Under the pieces are notes generated by a model. The model was not told where the DNA came from and searched no databases. It saw only the letters and a program-made list of their open reading frames with translations. Shown piece by piece: positions 13,737 to 25,300 of a stretch of 64,000 bases of DNA. Source of the DNA: Zygnema circumcarinatum SAG 698-1b (taxonomy: Eukaryota; Plantae; Zygnematophyceae); contig CM074806.1 of NCBI GenBank assembly GCA_037447605.1, positions 3,100,001 through 3,164,000 on the forward strand. The letters are read 5' to 3'. Positions within the stretch are counted from its first letter, which is position 1. Each line of letters begins with the position of its first letter. A program made the position numbers and the translations under genes.

Positions 13737-15184
13737 GCAACACGATTGTCATATCTTTAGATTTGCAAGAAATAATGCGACCAGGAAAGGAAACAGGGCG
13801 TGAACATGGTCCGTCTGCAGGCTTGCAGTCTTTGTGTCGGGGTGCGGTCAGTGGGGCAAGCTGACAGTTGTTTGGTCGGTCGATGTAGATAATGCTTCGG
13901 AAGGATTCAATCAGCTGGTGCTTATGGCTTCCCTCTTTGCCTTAAGGGTGTCTGTTGGTGACTACGTAGGATCAGAGCTTTGGAGTGAATGTATCGCCAG
14001 ACAGTGGCCCCGCAAGATACAGCGGTTTGCATTTTTCCTACAATTTCAATATTATTGCCGCATTTGGCCAAGCAGGTGTCCTCTTTTTTATATTGTTCGG
14101 CAATCAAGACAGGGACCATCCCTTGTGTTCTTCGTTGTCAAGGATATTTTTTCGGTCTTGTTGCAGATTGATGAAAATGACGCTCTCATTTTGATCATGT
14201 TTTGAACTATTTGCGTGCGTGCCTTGCTGGTGTTTTTTGGTGAATATTTCATCTGGAAATGCGGAATACCTTGCTTGGCGGAGTTTGCATGAGCTGTGTC
14301 ACTCAGCAGGAAACTGCCTGCGGAAATTCTTCCTCCCATATTGTAATCATTTGGAAGGTTTTTTTTGGAATAAATATCGTCGCTCCAGAAAGTGGTATTG
14401 AAGGCCAGTTTCTCACGCATCGCTTCACAGTGGGAGCAAGCATCCTGCGATCTCGGGCTCGAAATAGTCCTTGTCGATGGCTTTGCATCCATCGTCCATC
14501 GCACCTGCACATCGGCTTGCTGACCTTCGCGGGTGTTTGCAGGCCCTAAATTCTGTCTCGTTTAGCTTCTTGGGTTTGAAGGTTTTCCTCAGTTTTAAGT
14601 CTTGTTCGCTTTGTCGTCAGTTGTTTCTTTTGTTCATTCTCACTCAAAAGGGTGGCCTTTTGTCCCTTGAAGTGTCTTCTTCTGAGCCTCTTTTGGGCCT
14701 TCATGGCTGGGCCATCGCGAGTATTTCTATGTAGTTGCAAGTTCCATGGCATGGCGGTTGAATGCTATGACGCCAACAAAATACCGCCGAACAAATGCAA
14801 ATAATGAAAAAAATATGTATAGTTAAGAGAACCCCACTTGAGAAAACCCCACGTTGCTGTCGAGTCCTTTCCGGGTGTCCAGCCCACATCGATGGAGGGG
14901 CTTGATCACCCAGAGCCCTGCCTTCCTTGCGGCTCTCCCTGCCCTTCCCCGCCCGATGTTGGGCCCGCTCGACTGCGGCCCCGTGCAGGTCCTGTTGGCC
15001 TCGGCCGGGGCGTGCCTGGCTGGCCGCGGCCCCGCCCTTCTCTGCCCTCGGCCTCACGCCGGGCCAGTTCCAGCGCGGGGGAAAACACATTCTCTCGCCT
15101 CGGGCTCCCCCGCCTCCCTTTGAAGGGCTCTCCGGGTTGTGTTTGTGTTGCCGAATACCGAATTCGAATTTACGAACACTGGTG

Positions 15185-15470
15185 AAACCATTGGCAATGG
15201 TTGGCAACCATCGAATCCAATGGTCGGCTACCGTTTGATCCAATTGTTCGCGATCCTTCCAATGGTTGTTCCACGCCCATGCCCAGCCGGGGCCAAGGGT
15301 TGCGCAAGGCGGGTGGGCCGTTACAACCATCGGCCATGGTTGGACGTCCAATAGCTCGCAACCATCGGAAAGCTTGCCATCGGATGGTTGCGACCATTGG
15401 TAATGGTTGGTTCGGCCCGCAGCCAATGGTTGGCAACCAAAGATAAATCCTATGGTTGGCAGCCATAGCA
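15185..15470. repeat. CCAATGG/CCATTGG-rich degenerate interspersed repeat (family also at 19066-19461 and 43984-44410)
   Basis: Dense short palindromes such as AACCATTGGCAATGGTT, and CCAATGGTT units. Confidence 0.6.
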
Positions 15471-15473
15471 ATA

Positions 15474-15600
15474 GGTGTCAGACTTAAAAGTTGATCGTAA
15501 GATTGGCACCAGAACGAGTATTCCGAAGACACAGCAATCCCCCTGAAGAGGAGTACTACCGAAACTTTCTTTTTCGTAAGATATTGTGAAGTCTGACACC
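15474..15600. repeat. 12-bp perfect inverted repeat enclosing about 100 bp
   Basis: GGTGTCAGACTT at 15474-15485 and AAGTCTGACACC at 15589-15600. No TSD recognised. Confidence 0.55.
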
Positions 15601-15929
15601 CCCTGATGGTCAGAAGAGGACTAGCTGATTAGAACTCGCGTCTTCTATCCTATGGAAGCTTCGTTCTTTAACCATTACATGACAAAACTCCTTTACCAAT
15701 GGTTGGAAGCATTAGCAATGGTGGCTGGGTCGCGCTCGCCCATCACCGGTTCGCAACCTGACTGCTGACCGCTCAGTACCGGCCGTACTTCTCGTACCTT
15801 CGTCCGTACGTAGTTTGTCTTTTCTGGCCCCGACCTTAATTTAAGAGCAGTCATATCACGGGGCGCGGATCCCGCCGCAGAGCGCCGCTTGCGCGGGGCC
15901 CTCCGAGAGAGAGAGCGCCCTCCGGAGGG

Positions 15930-16012
15930 CTGCCAGCCAGCAAGCCAGCCAGCAAGCCAGCCATCAAGCCAGCCAGCAAGCAAGCAAGCCGGCCGGCCGG
16001 GCGGGCGGGCAT
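15930..16012. repeat. (GCCA/GCAA)n microsatellite
   Basis: Run of gccagccagcaagccagcc... tetramers. Confidence 0.75.
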
Positions 16013-16482
16013 TCACAGGGTGGGTACCACCATGAACAATTCATAACACGGCACACGCTCAATCTTTGCCAGCAAAAATGGTCTCTATCTGCTGACAGCC
16101 AGCTAAGCAAACGGAACGACAACAAATGGAGAATCGGTTGACAAATGCAGAGAAGAGAATATTATTGACGTGGATATTATTGTTATTGACACAAGTCATC
16201 TCCACTTTCAGACACGTAACGAATCCATCAATAGTGAAGGACCGTCCGCTCCAACCATTGAAAAGCCTATGAAGTTTGAAACATTCGTAATGCCTCCTAC
16301 CAGAGTTGGCAGAACCACCAGACTGGATCCTTCCCGGGCAATATCTACATTGAAAGACTCAAAGACGATGCACAACCTGCCATACTAAAAGTGACTCCTG
16401 GTCTGCAGACAGGGGTTGCGGAATGGTTCCTTCCCAAGCCGCATTATTTCGAGCAGGAGTCGCAGAGGACCAACTGCAATGT

Positions 16483-18014
16483 CTACAGAATCATCACTGC
16501 TCCGAACGCCAAAGACGCCACAAACAGCGCCATTGAAGAGCCGGACTTCACCCCTGTTCAGAGACAAACACGAGTGAGTGTGTGAGTTACAAACTCGCGC
16601 ATGACAAAAAAAAAATCCAAACCATGACGAGCTATGCTCTCAGGTCACGTCTACAGCGGAAATGCAAAAAGGAACTTACTGGACACGTATACTAAGTGAC
16701 CTAAAATCTTCATACCTGAAGCTGGGTACACAAACAATATACTTAACCAATAACATTTGATTGTAAACATGCCAAAGCAGCGCGCATTGACAAAAGGATG
16801 TCTCGCAAAAGCAAATGCTGACCTGCGCTGGGAGGCGGCGATGAAGGCGGAGGGCTGGAAACCACAGAGGAGAGGACAGGAGGAGGGGGGGGAGGGCTTG
16901 GCAGAACCACCGACGGCGGAATAAGCAGACCGTCAATTCCGAGCGCGGAGACGCTCAGTTCGGAACCCAAAACGTCGGGCTTCGAGATTTTCGCAGTGTT
17001 CACAAACACTTCAACAATACCTGAAGTCCTGTTCGTGACCACATTCACAGTCTCATTTTCAAAAGTTGGAAGCGTGATGCCTGTCTGCAGGAGACGTCTG
17101 CTTGTAGGAGGACTATCTCCCTGCACCAAATCCGCGTAATAATACGTGCCATTCACAAGATGATAAAAGAGCACGCTTGTGATTACGCTACTATCAAGTG
17201 CACCTAACAGGGGAGCAGCTGCAGTGAACGCATCATCTGTAGGGGCAAAGAGCGTGAACTCGCTGTTGGCGGCCAAAAGAGCAGTTAAAAAGTCTGTAAT
17301 TTCAGTGTTTTTTTCAAGCTGAGCAACAAGTAGGGTGAAGCCGTTGTCTGAGAGCTTCTTCAGAAGCTCGGCAAGTGTAAAGGCCGAGCTTGGCGCGGGA
17401 GCCGGAGCCAAGACAGCATTGCTTTCTATTTGAAGCACCTCCCTTCTCTCCGAGCTGGACTGCATGAGCTCCTTGATGTACGTCTGGGCAGACTCTTCGA
17501 CCTCCGCCGGAACCAGAAATCCGTTGATGGAGTGAACCACGCCGTCCTCTGCTTCCAGCACTCCGATCTCCCTCACCACCGCATTGTTCACCTTCAAATC
17601 TCCGCCTTCGAGGTGCAGGTCTGCCTCCCCCCCTGCAATGGTCTTCACAACCCTGCCGGGATACCACGCTCCGGCGTTCAACTTCCCTTTCACAATGTGG
17701 TTCAGGAGCACCTGACGCAGCAACTTGTCATTTCTCGGCTGCTCCAGGAAGGCAAGGAGAGAAGGGGAGACTTTCTCCGTTAGGTAGAGGTCAGTGGGAG
17801 CGAAGATCGTCACTCCGTCAGCAAAGCTTTCATCGGCCTCTAAGTCACCGAGCAGGTCCGCCATTTCCAGCAGTTTGACCAGCACAGTGTATTTGGAGCC
17901 CAGCACCTGCACGAGGATGGACTCCGAGCTTTCCACACGGACCTCCGCCGCGCTCCGTCCTGCAGCGGCGAGCAGCAGACATAAGGTCAAAGCAAGCGCC
18001 ATACGCCCAACCAT
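16483..18014 (-). CDS. FLA: Fasciclin-like arabinogalactan protein, paralogue 2 (inverted, tail-to-tail with paralogue 1)
   Basis: Exons 18014-16823 and 16553-16483. Shares ESILVQVLGSKY, VTIFAPTD and DGVVHSINGFLVP with paralogue 1. Has a phase-1 intron at the same position (SAG) and the tail GVKSGSSMALFVASLAFGAVMIL*. Confidence 0.9.
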
Positions 18015-18143
18015 GGCTGCGCGCGCTAAGGGTCCCGCCTTCTCTCTCTCTTCCTCTCTCTCCCTCCTCTCCCTCTCCCACTCCCGCTCCCTCTCCCTCT
18101 CCCTCTCCCTCTCGCCCTTCAGGCCGCAGGCGGCGCGCCGCTC

Positions 18144-18195
18144 TGACAGACGCCAGTGAGGGGCTGCCTTTTGTCCTGTCAGGCGCGGACGTCAC
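18144..18195 (-). promoter_or_regulatory. Inverted TGACAG...CTGTCA motif pair upstream of FLA paralogue 2
   Basis: TGACAG at 18144-18149 and CTGTCA at 18176-18181, adjacent TGACGT, and a CT-repeat (GA on the coding strand) leader at 18040-18112. Confidence 0.4.
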
Positions 18196-18509
18196 ATCAC
18201 ACGCGACATCCGTGCTGCGCCCAATGGCGCCACGCCACGTGGAAACCACACCTGGAAACAATGTTTTTACAGCTGCCCTCACTCTGCGGATGCGCCTTTG
18301 AAACTTTTCCTTTCAGACTTACAGGGGGTCTCCTCCTGTCTTCCCCCTGCCCGGATCTCGGAACCTCAAAAAAAAAAAAACCCTTTGGAGCGTTCGAGCC
18401 TCGGCCCGTAGACGCGACCCACCAGCGGCGGGCGAGCGCCAGCTGGCGCGCGGAGAGGCGCCCGCCGCCGCTGATGGCGGGCCGCCCGCGCCGCGCCAAT
18501 AAGGCCCAA

Positions 18510-18588
18510 CGGATGGATGGATGGATGGGATGGATGGATGACTGGCTGGATGGATGGACGGATGGACGGATGGACGGATGGGATGGAT
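18510..18588. repeat. (GGAT/GGAC)n microsatellite
   Basis: ggatggatggatgggatggatggatg... run. Confidence 0.75.
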
Positions 18589-19065
18589 GTCGAACATGGC
18601 CTTTCATGTCTACGGGATGGACCGGCACCTTCCTCGAACGATCGAGATTGAACGGGACCGGAGTCACCGGACACAGTCACATGTGGGGCAACGATTTTTG
18701 TTCGACGTCAGGCTTCACCAATCGAACGGAACTATCCTCGGTAGTGCTACTGACGGCTGATAATAATTACTCTTTTGCAAGAGAATTGCATGCTTCACGT
18801 ACAGTACTCGTTTCGTGTCAGATGGACTACAGTTGTTGGCGCAGTGGAACTAGAAACTGCCGGTTTTGAGGTCTGACATGTCCGACTGTAGTGCGAACAG
18901 CGCCACCGTCGAGCAGCGGCCATCGGCCACGTGTAGCGTGCAATTATTGTACGGCAGATTGTACCGACGGCAACCGTGGCGCAGAGGGAGGGCGGCCGGG
19001 GCGGGGCGGGCCGCTGCACGCCGGGGAGCGCGTGTGCGGGAACTCGACTGTCGGCTGGAGCTGCG

Positions 19066-19461
19066 CAGGGCGGGCCGTTGGATCCGCGACCATTGGACAA
19101 CCATTGTTGGCAATGGTTGGACAGCCAATGGTTCACGACCACGCCAATGCCATCCAACGGTTCGGAACAATTGGCAATGGTTCGTTAGTCAAGAATCAAA
19201 CGATCGCAACCATTCCAATGGTCGATCCTATGCAAAACGCGGGAAACTTTCATTGAACTCGCGATGAACTATGCAAAACCGACCTGTGCAAAACTATAGG
19301 TCGGAACATTGGATAAACCATTGCAATGGTTGCGAACCATTAGATCGCGGGCCAGCCAGCCATTGCCAATGGTTCCGAACCATTGGATGGCAATGGTTGG
19401 ACGATCCAACCATTGCCATCCAATAGTTGTCCAATGGTTGCCAATCCAATGGTCCGACCTG
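19066..19461. mobile_element. CCAATGG-rich non-autonomous TIR-like element
   Basis: Left end CAGGGCGGGCCGTTGGA matches the reverse complement of the right end TCCAATGGTCCGACCTG at 14/17 positions. Internal CCATTG/CAATGG hairpins. No TSD found. Confidence 0.45.
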
Positions 19462-19646
19462 TGAAGAACTGTTCTAAAACTGAGTCATAAAGCTCCTATT
19501 TTATAATTAGTCGAGCGTAAATCGTCATAAATCGATGTCACCTACTTTTCCCTTCATAGATCGTCATCCACAGTCAATGCAACCCTACGGCCGCACCCCG
19601 AATGAAAGTCCAAGTACAGTACAGTACTACCGCGCGGTCCCACATA

Positions 19647-22328
19647 CAGTAGGACCCCGTCATATTTTCCACCTACAGTTGGCAAAAATCGGGCGAAAAT
19701 ATTGTATTTGGCAAATATAAGGTCCGTGTTACCAATAGGCGAGCGGAATTACTATATGTTAGAGTTCATGTATGTCCGTATATATCGTATCGTATCGTGT
19801 CGTTTGCTACCATATCGCACCTTATCGTACCGTATCGTATCGTGGCAAACCGCATACAGTACATGAAGCAAGCCTTAGCGTTTACTGAGGCAGCAAACCA
19901 AAAAGCTTCGAGCCCGTAACGGCTACTACATCTCGTACGGCTAGTACGGCTAGTACCGTATCGGAGCGTATCGTACCGTATCGAAGCCAAGAAGAAGTGG
20001 AGAAGAGCGAGCGCCTCTTACGGCGGCACGTGCGGGGAGAATAGGTGAGTTCTGCCGCTTTTGCGTAAGCCCGTGACGGCTAGTACAGCTACAGTAGGGG
20101 GTCCTCATATTTTCCACCCTGGTTCCGGGCAAAATGAGGCGAAAATATTAAATTTGCATATATAAGGTTCGTGTTACGAATAGACGGGCGGTATTATGTT
20201 AGAGTTCATGTTGGACCGTACGTATCGTACCGTACAATATCGTACCGTATCGTACTGTATCGTTTAGCGTCGTATCGTATCGTGACATATCGTGACGCAT
20301 AAGCGGAGTTTTTAGGACTATGTTGTTCGTCTCATTGATGATGCCGTACTACGGATAGTACCGTATCGGGGAGTTTCGTATCGTATCGAACATATCGTAT
20401 CGTATCGTATCGTATCGAAGTCAAGAAGACGGGGAGAAGAGCGAGCGCCTCTTACGGCGGCACGAGCGGGGAGATTCGGTGAGTTTTGCGTAAGCCCGTA
20501 ACGGCTAGTACAGATAGTACGGTCAGTACGGCCAGTACGAATAGTACGGGCAGTACGGCTAACACAAGTTACCGTACAAAAAGGTGGTTTCGGCAAAATT
20601 GGGGCGAAAATATTGAGGGCGCACTCCTTGGGGTGGTAAATACGAGGACCCCCCACTGTAGTACGAGTAGTACGGTTAGTACGGTACGGTTAGTACGAAT
20701 AGTACGAATAGTACGGCTAACACAAGTTACCGTACAAAAAGGTGGTTTCGGCAAAATCGGGGCGAATTTCTTTGGGACGCACTTTTGAAGGTGGAAAATA
20801 TGACGGGGTCCTACTGTAGGACCCCGTCATATTTTCCACCTACAGTTGGCAAAAATCGGGCGAAAATATTGTATTTGGCAAATATAAGGTCCGTGTTACC
20901 AATAGGCGAGCGGAATTACTATATGTTAGAGTTCATGTATGTCCGTATATATCGTATCGTATCGTGTCGTTTGCTACCATATCGCACCTTATCGTACCGT
21001 ATCGTATCGTGGCAAACCGCATACAGTACATGAAGCAAGCCTTAGCGTTTACTGAGGCAGCAAACCAAAAAGCTTCGAGCCCGTAACGGCTACTACATCT
21101 CGTACGGCTAGTACGGCTAGTACCGTATCGGAGCGTATCGTACCGTATCGAAGCCAAGAAGAAGTGGAGAAGAGCGAGCGCCTCTTACGGCGGCACGTGC
21201 GGGGAGAATAGGTGAGTTCTGCCGCTTTTGCGTAAGCCCGTGACGGCTAGTACAGCTACAGTAGGGGGTCCTCATATTTTCCACCCTGGTTCCGGGCAAA
21301 ATGAGGCGAAAATATTAAATTTGCATATATAAGGTTCGTGTTACGAATAGACGGGCGGTATTATGTTAGAGTTCATGTTGGACCGTACGTATCGTACCGT
21401 ACAATATCGTACCGTATCGTACTGTATCGTTTAGCGTCGTATCGTATCGTGACATATCGTGACGCATAAGCGGAGTTTTTAGGACTATGTTGTTCGTCTC
21501 ATTGATGATGCCGTACTACGGATAGTACCGTATCGGGGAGTTTCGTATCGTATCGAACATATCGTATCGTATCGTATCGTATCGAAGTCAAGAAGACGGG
21601 GAGAAGAGCGAGCGCCTCTTACGGCGGCACGAGCGGGGAGATTCGGTGAGTTTTGCGTAAGCCCGTAACGGCTAGTACAGATAGTACGGTCAGTACGGCC
21701 AGTACGAATAGTACGGACAGTACGGCTAACACAAGTTACCGTACAAAAAGGTGGTTTCGGCAAAATTGGGGCGAAAATATTGAGGGCGCACTCCTTGGGG
21801 TGGTAAATACGAGGACCCCCCACTGTAGTACGAGTAGTACGGTTAGTACGGTACGGTTAGTACGAATAGTACGAATAGTACGGCTAACACAAGTTACCGT
21901 ACAAAAAGGTGGTTTCGGCAAAATCGGGGCGAATTTCTTTGGGACGCACTTTTGAAGGTGGAAAATATGACGGGGTCCTACTGTAGGACCCCGTCATATT
22001 TTCCACCTACATTTGGCAAATATCGGGCGAAAATATTGTATTTGGCAAATATAAGGTCCGTGTTACAAATAGGCGAGCGGAATTATGTTAGAGTTCATGT
22101 ATGTTCGTACATATCGTATCGTATCGTTTTCTAGCATTTCGTACCACATCGTATCGTCTCGTTTAAATTTGAGCCCGTAACGGCTACTACAGCTCGTACG
22201 GCTCGTACGGATAATACCGTATCGGAGAGTATCGTATCGTATTGTATCGTATCGAAGCCAAGAAGAACGGGAGAATAGCGAAATACTTTGGCGTGCTCAA
22301 AAGGAGATTAGGTGAGTTTTGCGTAAGC
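19647..22328 (+). mobile_element. Head-to-tail array of Tc1/mariner-type MITEs: two 1167-bp units plus the left part of a third copy
   Basis: TIR CAGTAGGACCCCGTCATATTTTCCACCT preceded by TA. The ORF track repeats at exactly 1167-bp offset. Internal (CGTAT)n and (GTACG)n repeats. The third copy resumes at 31086-31187 and 32200-32304. Confidence 0.8.
20092..20658 (+). mobile_element. Related MITE subfamily nested in unit 1 (duplicated at 21259-21825)
   Basis: TA|CAGTAGGGGGTCCTCATATTTTCCACC at the left end and GGTGGTAAATACGAGGACCCCCCACTG|TA at the right end. Internal sequence is homologous to the host MITE. Confidence 0.7.
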
Positions 22329-25300
22329 CGTAGCTGCAACGGAGCCGCTCACGGATTTGCGTCAGTTCAATTGTACTTGACGATGCCTCTTCCGCGTCAC
22401 GATCAACTAATCCGTGAGCCGCCAACGGAGATTGAGAGAAGGCGTGCGCCATGCGCGTCACGCCCACGGAAACAAGCACACCATCCAAAGAAGCACTTCG
22501 GGAACACCGCCCCGGAAAATGCCGACATCATTCGCTGACCCATCCCAAGGCTCCACGTGAGTCAGTCAGGCCTCGCGGGCAGTTGGCCACTCAGGAGATC
22601 AAGCCAATCGCTAAGACTCAAGATCTATTGTCTGTTAAGTAGATGGGATGTGTCGTTGATGCTTTTTGGTTCTAGTGCTGGGCTTGTATTTGTATTTGCT
22701 GTGTGGTTTGTTGTCTTGTTCTTTTCTTTCTTCTCTTTCCTCGCCACAAAGAAATGCATGCTAAGTAAGAGAGAGAGAGAGAGAGAGAGTTCCATGCCAT
22801 GTATAGAGAGAGAGAGAGAGAGAGAAAGAGTCTTCTGTCGAGCAAGATTTAGACGCCTCCCATTCAAACCCCCGCTTAGACAAAGATTTCAAAGTGGAGA
22901 AGACAATTTCATTAACGACATTCCCAGCCAAATCACGGGCTGGGGTGAGTTTCCAAAATACCACCTTTATCGTTGTGTCCCTCGCTTTCCCTCCTCGCCG
23001 GCCACTATGCCAAGCCCCTATCTTGCTCTATCCTCGCTTCGTATTGCTCTCAATGACCAATGATCAGCCAAGCCTTAGCTAAGAGACTAACCGAGGAGAG
23101 GACAGGGAGTGAGGTCCCCAAGGAAGGGCTCTTGCGATCAAGTCCGCCGGTGGGAACGCCTTCGTAATCCCTACGCCTTCACAAGGCTGCGACCTCTCAA
23201 TCCCCCGATCCTGGCTCTATGCCGCAGTGCACCCACGCGACCACCCCAACCCTACACGCCGGGCCGCAAAGACGGACACGCCGAAAGTGGCCGTACAAGA
23301 CCGCAGCCTAGCTCTCGCCAGCCTTTGTTTAACCCCACTTATCTTCGCATCGGGAGTCGGTTGTTTTGGTATCCATAATGCATTCTATTACACGTGAGGG
23401 TTGCCGCATCCTGCACCCGTGTCACGTCCTTTCGCCATGGATGAAGAGCCGCAAGAAGAGGGATGCTGCATTCGCGAGTATTCGAGGAAGACGGCACTCA
23501 AGAAGAAGAAGAACAGGCGATCGGAAATCCAAGGACGGATTCAGACTCAGAGGAAGAAGCAGTCAGAGAGAGACTGAAGATGGGCATCACCGAAGAGAAC
23601 CCTTATCCCAGTCTGGCTTACCTTGAGCAGATCGAGTCGATTGAAGAGCTGCAACGACTCCGTCTCGGCAGCGATGGCCACAAACTTCGCCGCAATACGA
23701 CGCCGATGATCGCTTCTTGCAAATTCGCTCAGCCGCCGCCACGGCCGCCGATGCCGCGGAAGAGAGGAGTGCTGTTCGAACCTGGAGGTCCCCACCGCTG
23801 CCCCACACGTGAGACAACCCACTCGATCTCGGGCCGATAACCACGCGACTGTAGAGTCCCTTCAAGCATCAAGTAGCCGCACGCAGTCCTACAAGCAGAG
23901 CAAGGGAATCATCGTGAAGACACCCTCACCTCCGGCTTTCACGACTTACCCATCCGGCAGCCCCAGGCGAGCGGCTTCAGGGGCAAGGGCAGGACGATCG
24001 CATGGACCCTCCAGCTTTCGAACCAACCTGCAGAGAAGCACACGAGTCAGATCTGAGTTCCCCAGCAAGATGGAAGAGATGATGACAAAACTGATAGCCT
24101 TGATTCCTGAAAAGAGTGAGGTGAGGGATACCACGGGCATCATCACTAGAGGCTTCACCGGCAGCAGGAAGATGCGCAGTCTTACCGGTGACACCTTGAG
24201 GGAGTAGGGAAGGCAGCAGCGTATTCGGCGTATATTCAAGTGGGATCAAGCTTTTGCCTTGGAGCGCCGGAAGGCGAGGCAAGCCAATCGAAGCCGCCCC
24301 AACCGCACAAAGCAGATGTCGCCGCCACCCCGCATAAGGGACACATTCAAGCAAGCTTTCGTATTAACGCTACTCTTTCGTGATCCGGACACCGGTGGGT
24401 TGGGGACCGACTCGCTACATAGAATGCCATGTTGATGAGCGGCCGCTTGAATTAATCGAGCGAAAGCATGGCAAATAATGCATCGGTGAACTTGCCCCGA
24501 CTTTTCTAAGTGCTCTAGTGGTTCCGCAAGGCCAATGGTAGCGATCTCCACCCGATCGTGAGCCGCGGTGACAACCTACCAGCAGATGCCCAAAGTATTG
24601 TTGGGGATGTAAGTGCAGCTAATTTAAGGACCAAGAGAGAGGCAACCTACATGTACCACCACATATATGAACGCTATGTATCCACTCCATACAAGATCGA
24701 CTCTACCAAAGAGTTCCTCAAGACAATGTAATCAGCTGTTCGATCCCTTTACGTGCTTAAGCATCTACTCGAACAAGCCTTCCTTTCTCCTCGCCGCCAC
24801 TGCCAGACGCCCCGACAGCTCCCTCGGTGGTGCAGCCTTCGCCATAGCGAAGCATAAACTGGAAAGCCCTTCCTTCCCCATACCCCGCGATCCGCGCATC
24901 CTATTGAGCCGCTGGTGAATCCTCACATAGCCTGTGATGTTTTCGGCCCGTGATATCGGGCTCTATTCCGAATGCGACACCCGGGGAAGAGAGAGTAGCT
25001 GCTGGCCGACCCCGCCGCCGGCCGGATGACGTAGGCAGGGGTTCCCGGAGGCAAGCCCTGCTCCTTGCCCTCAAGTGGCCCGCCAATCATAATCCGCTGC
25101 CGCTGCTATGACTCATGGACCGCACCTTCGCCGACACGACATGATGCCCGCGGTGTGCACGCGAGACTCTCAAGTGAGAAGGTCCAGCGGGGAAAGAGGC
25201 AAACAAGCGGGAGCTCACCAGAGATCACCTTCATGGATATGCTCCCCGCTGCTCCCCATTACCACACCCCAGCCCGCTCCCCGCCCACCTCCCTCCCCGC

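Noticed and set aside
14088-15471. ORFs between the FLA genes (140, 256 and 115 aa)
   Set aside because: No recognisable domains, overlapping frames in GC-rich or repeat DNA, and no coherent splice chain.
19647-22010. Regularly spaced palindromic repeats as a CRISPR array
   Set aside because: The spacers are identical 1.1-kb duplicates, the repeats are transposon TIRs, the context is eukaryotic, and no cas genes are present.
23350-23380. TGGTATC as an initiator-Met tRNA primer-binding site
   Set aside because: It lies about 18 nt from the apparent LTR end and the match stops after 7 nt (TGGTATCC, not TGGTATCAGAGC). No clear PPT either, so it is not reported as a feature.
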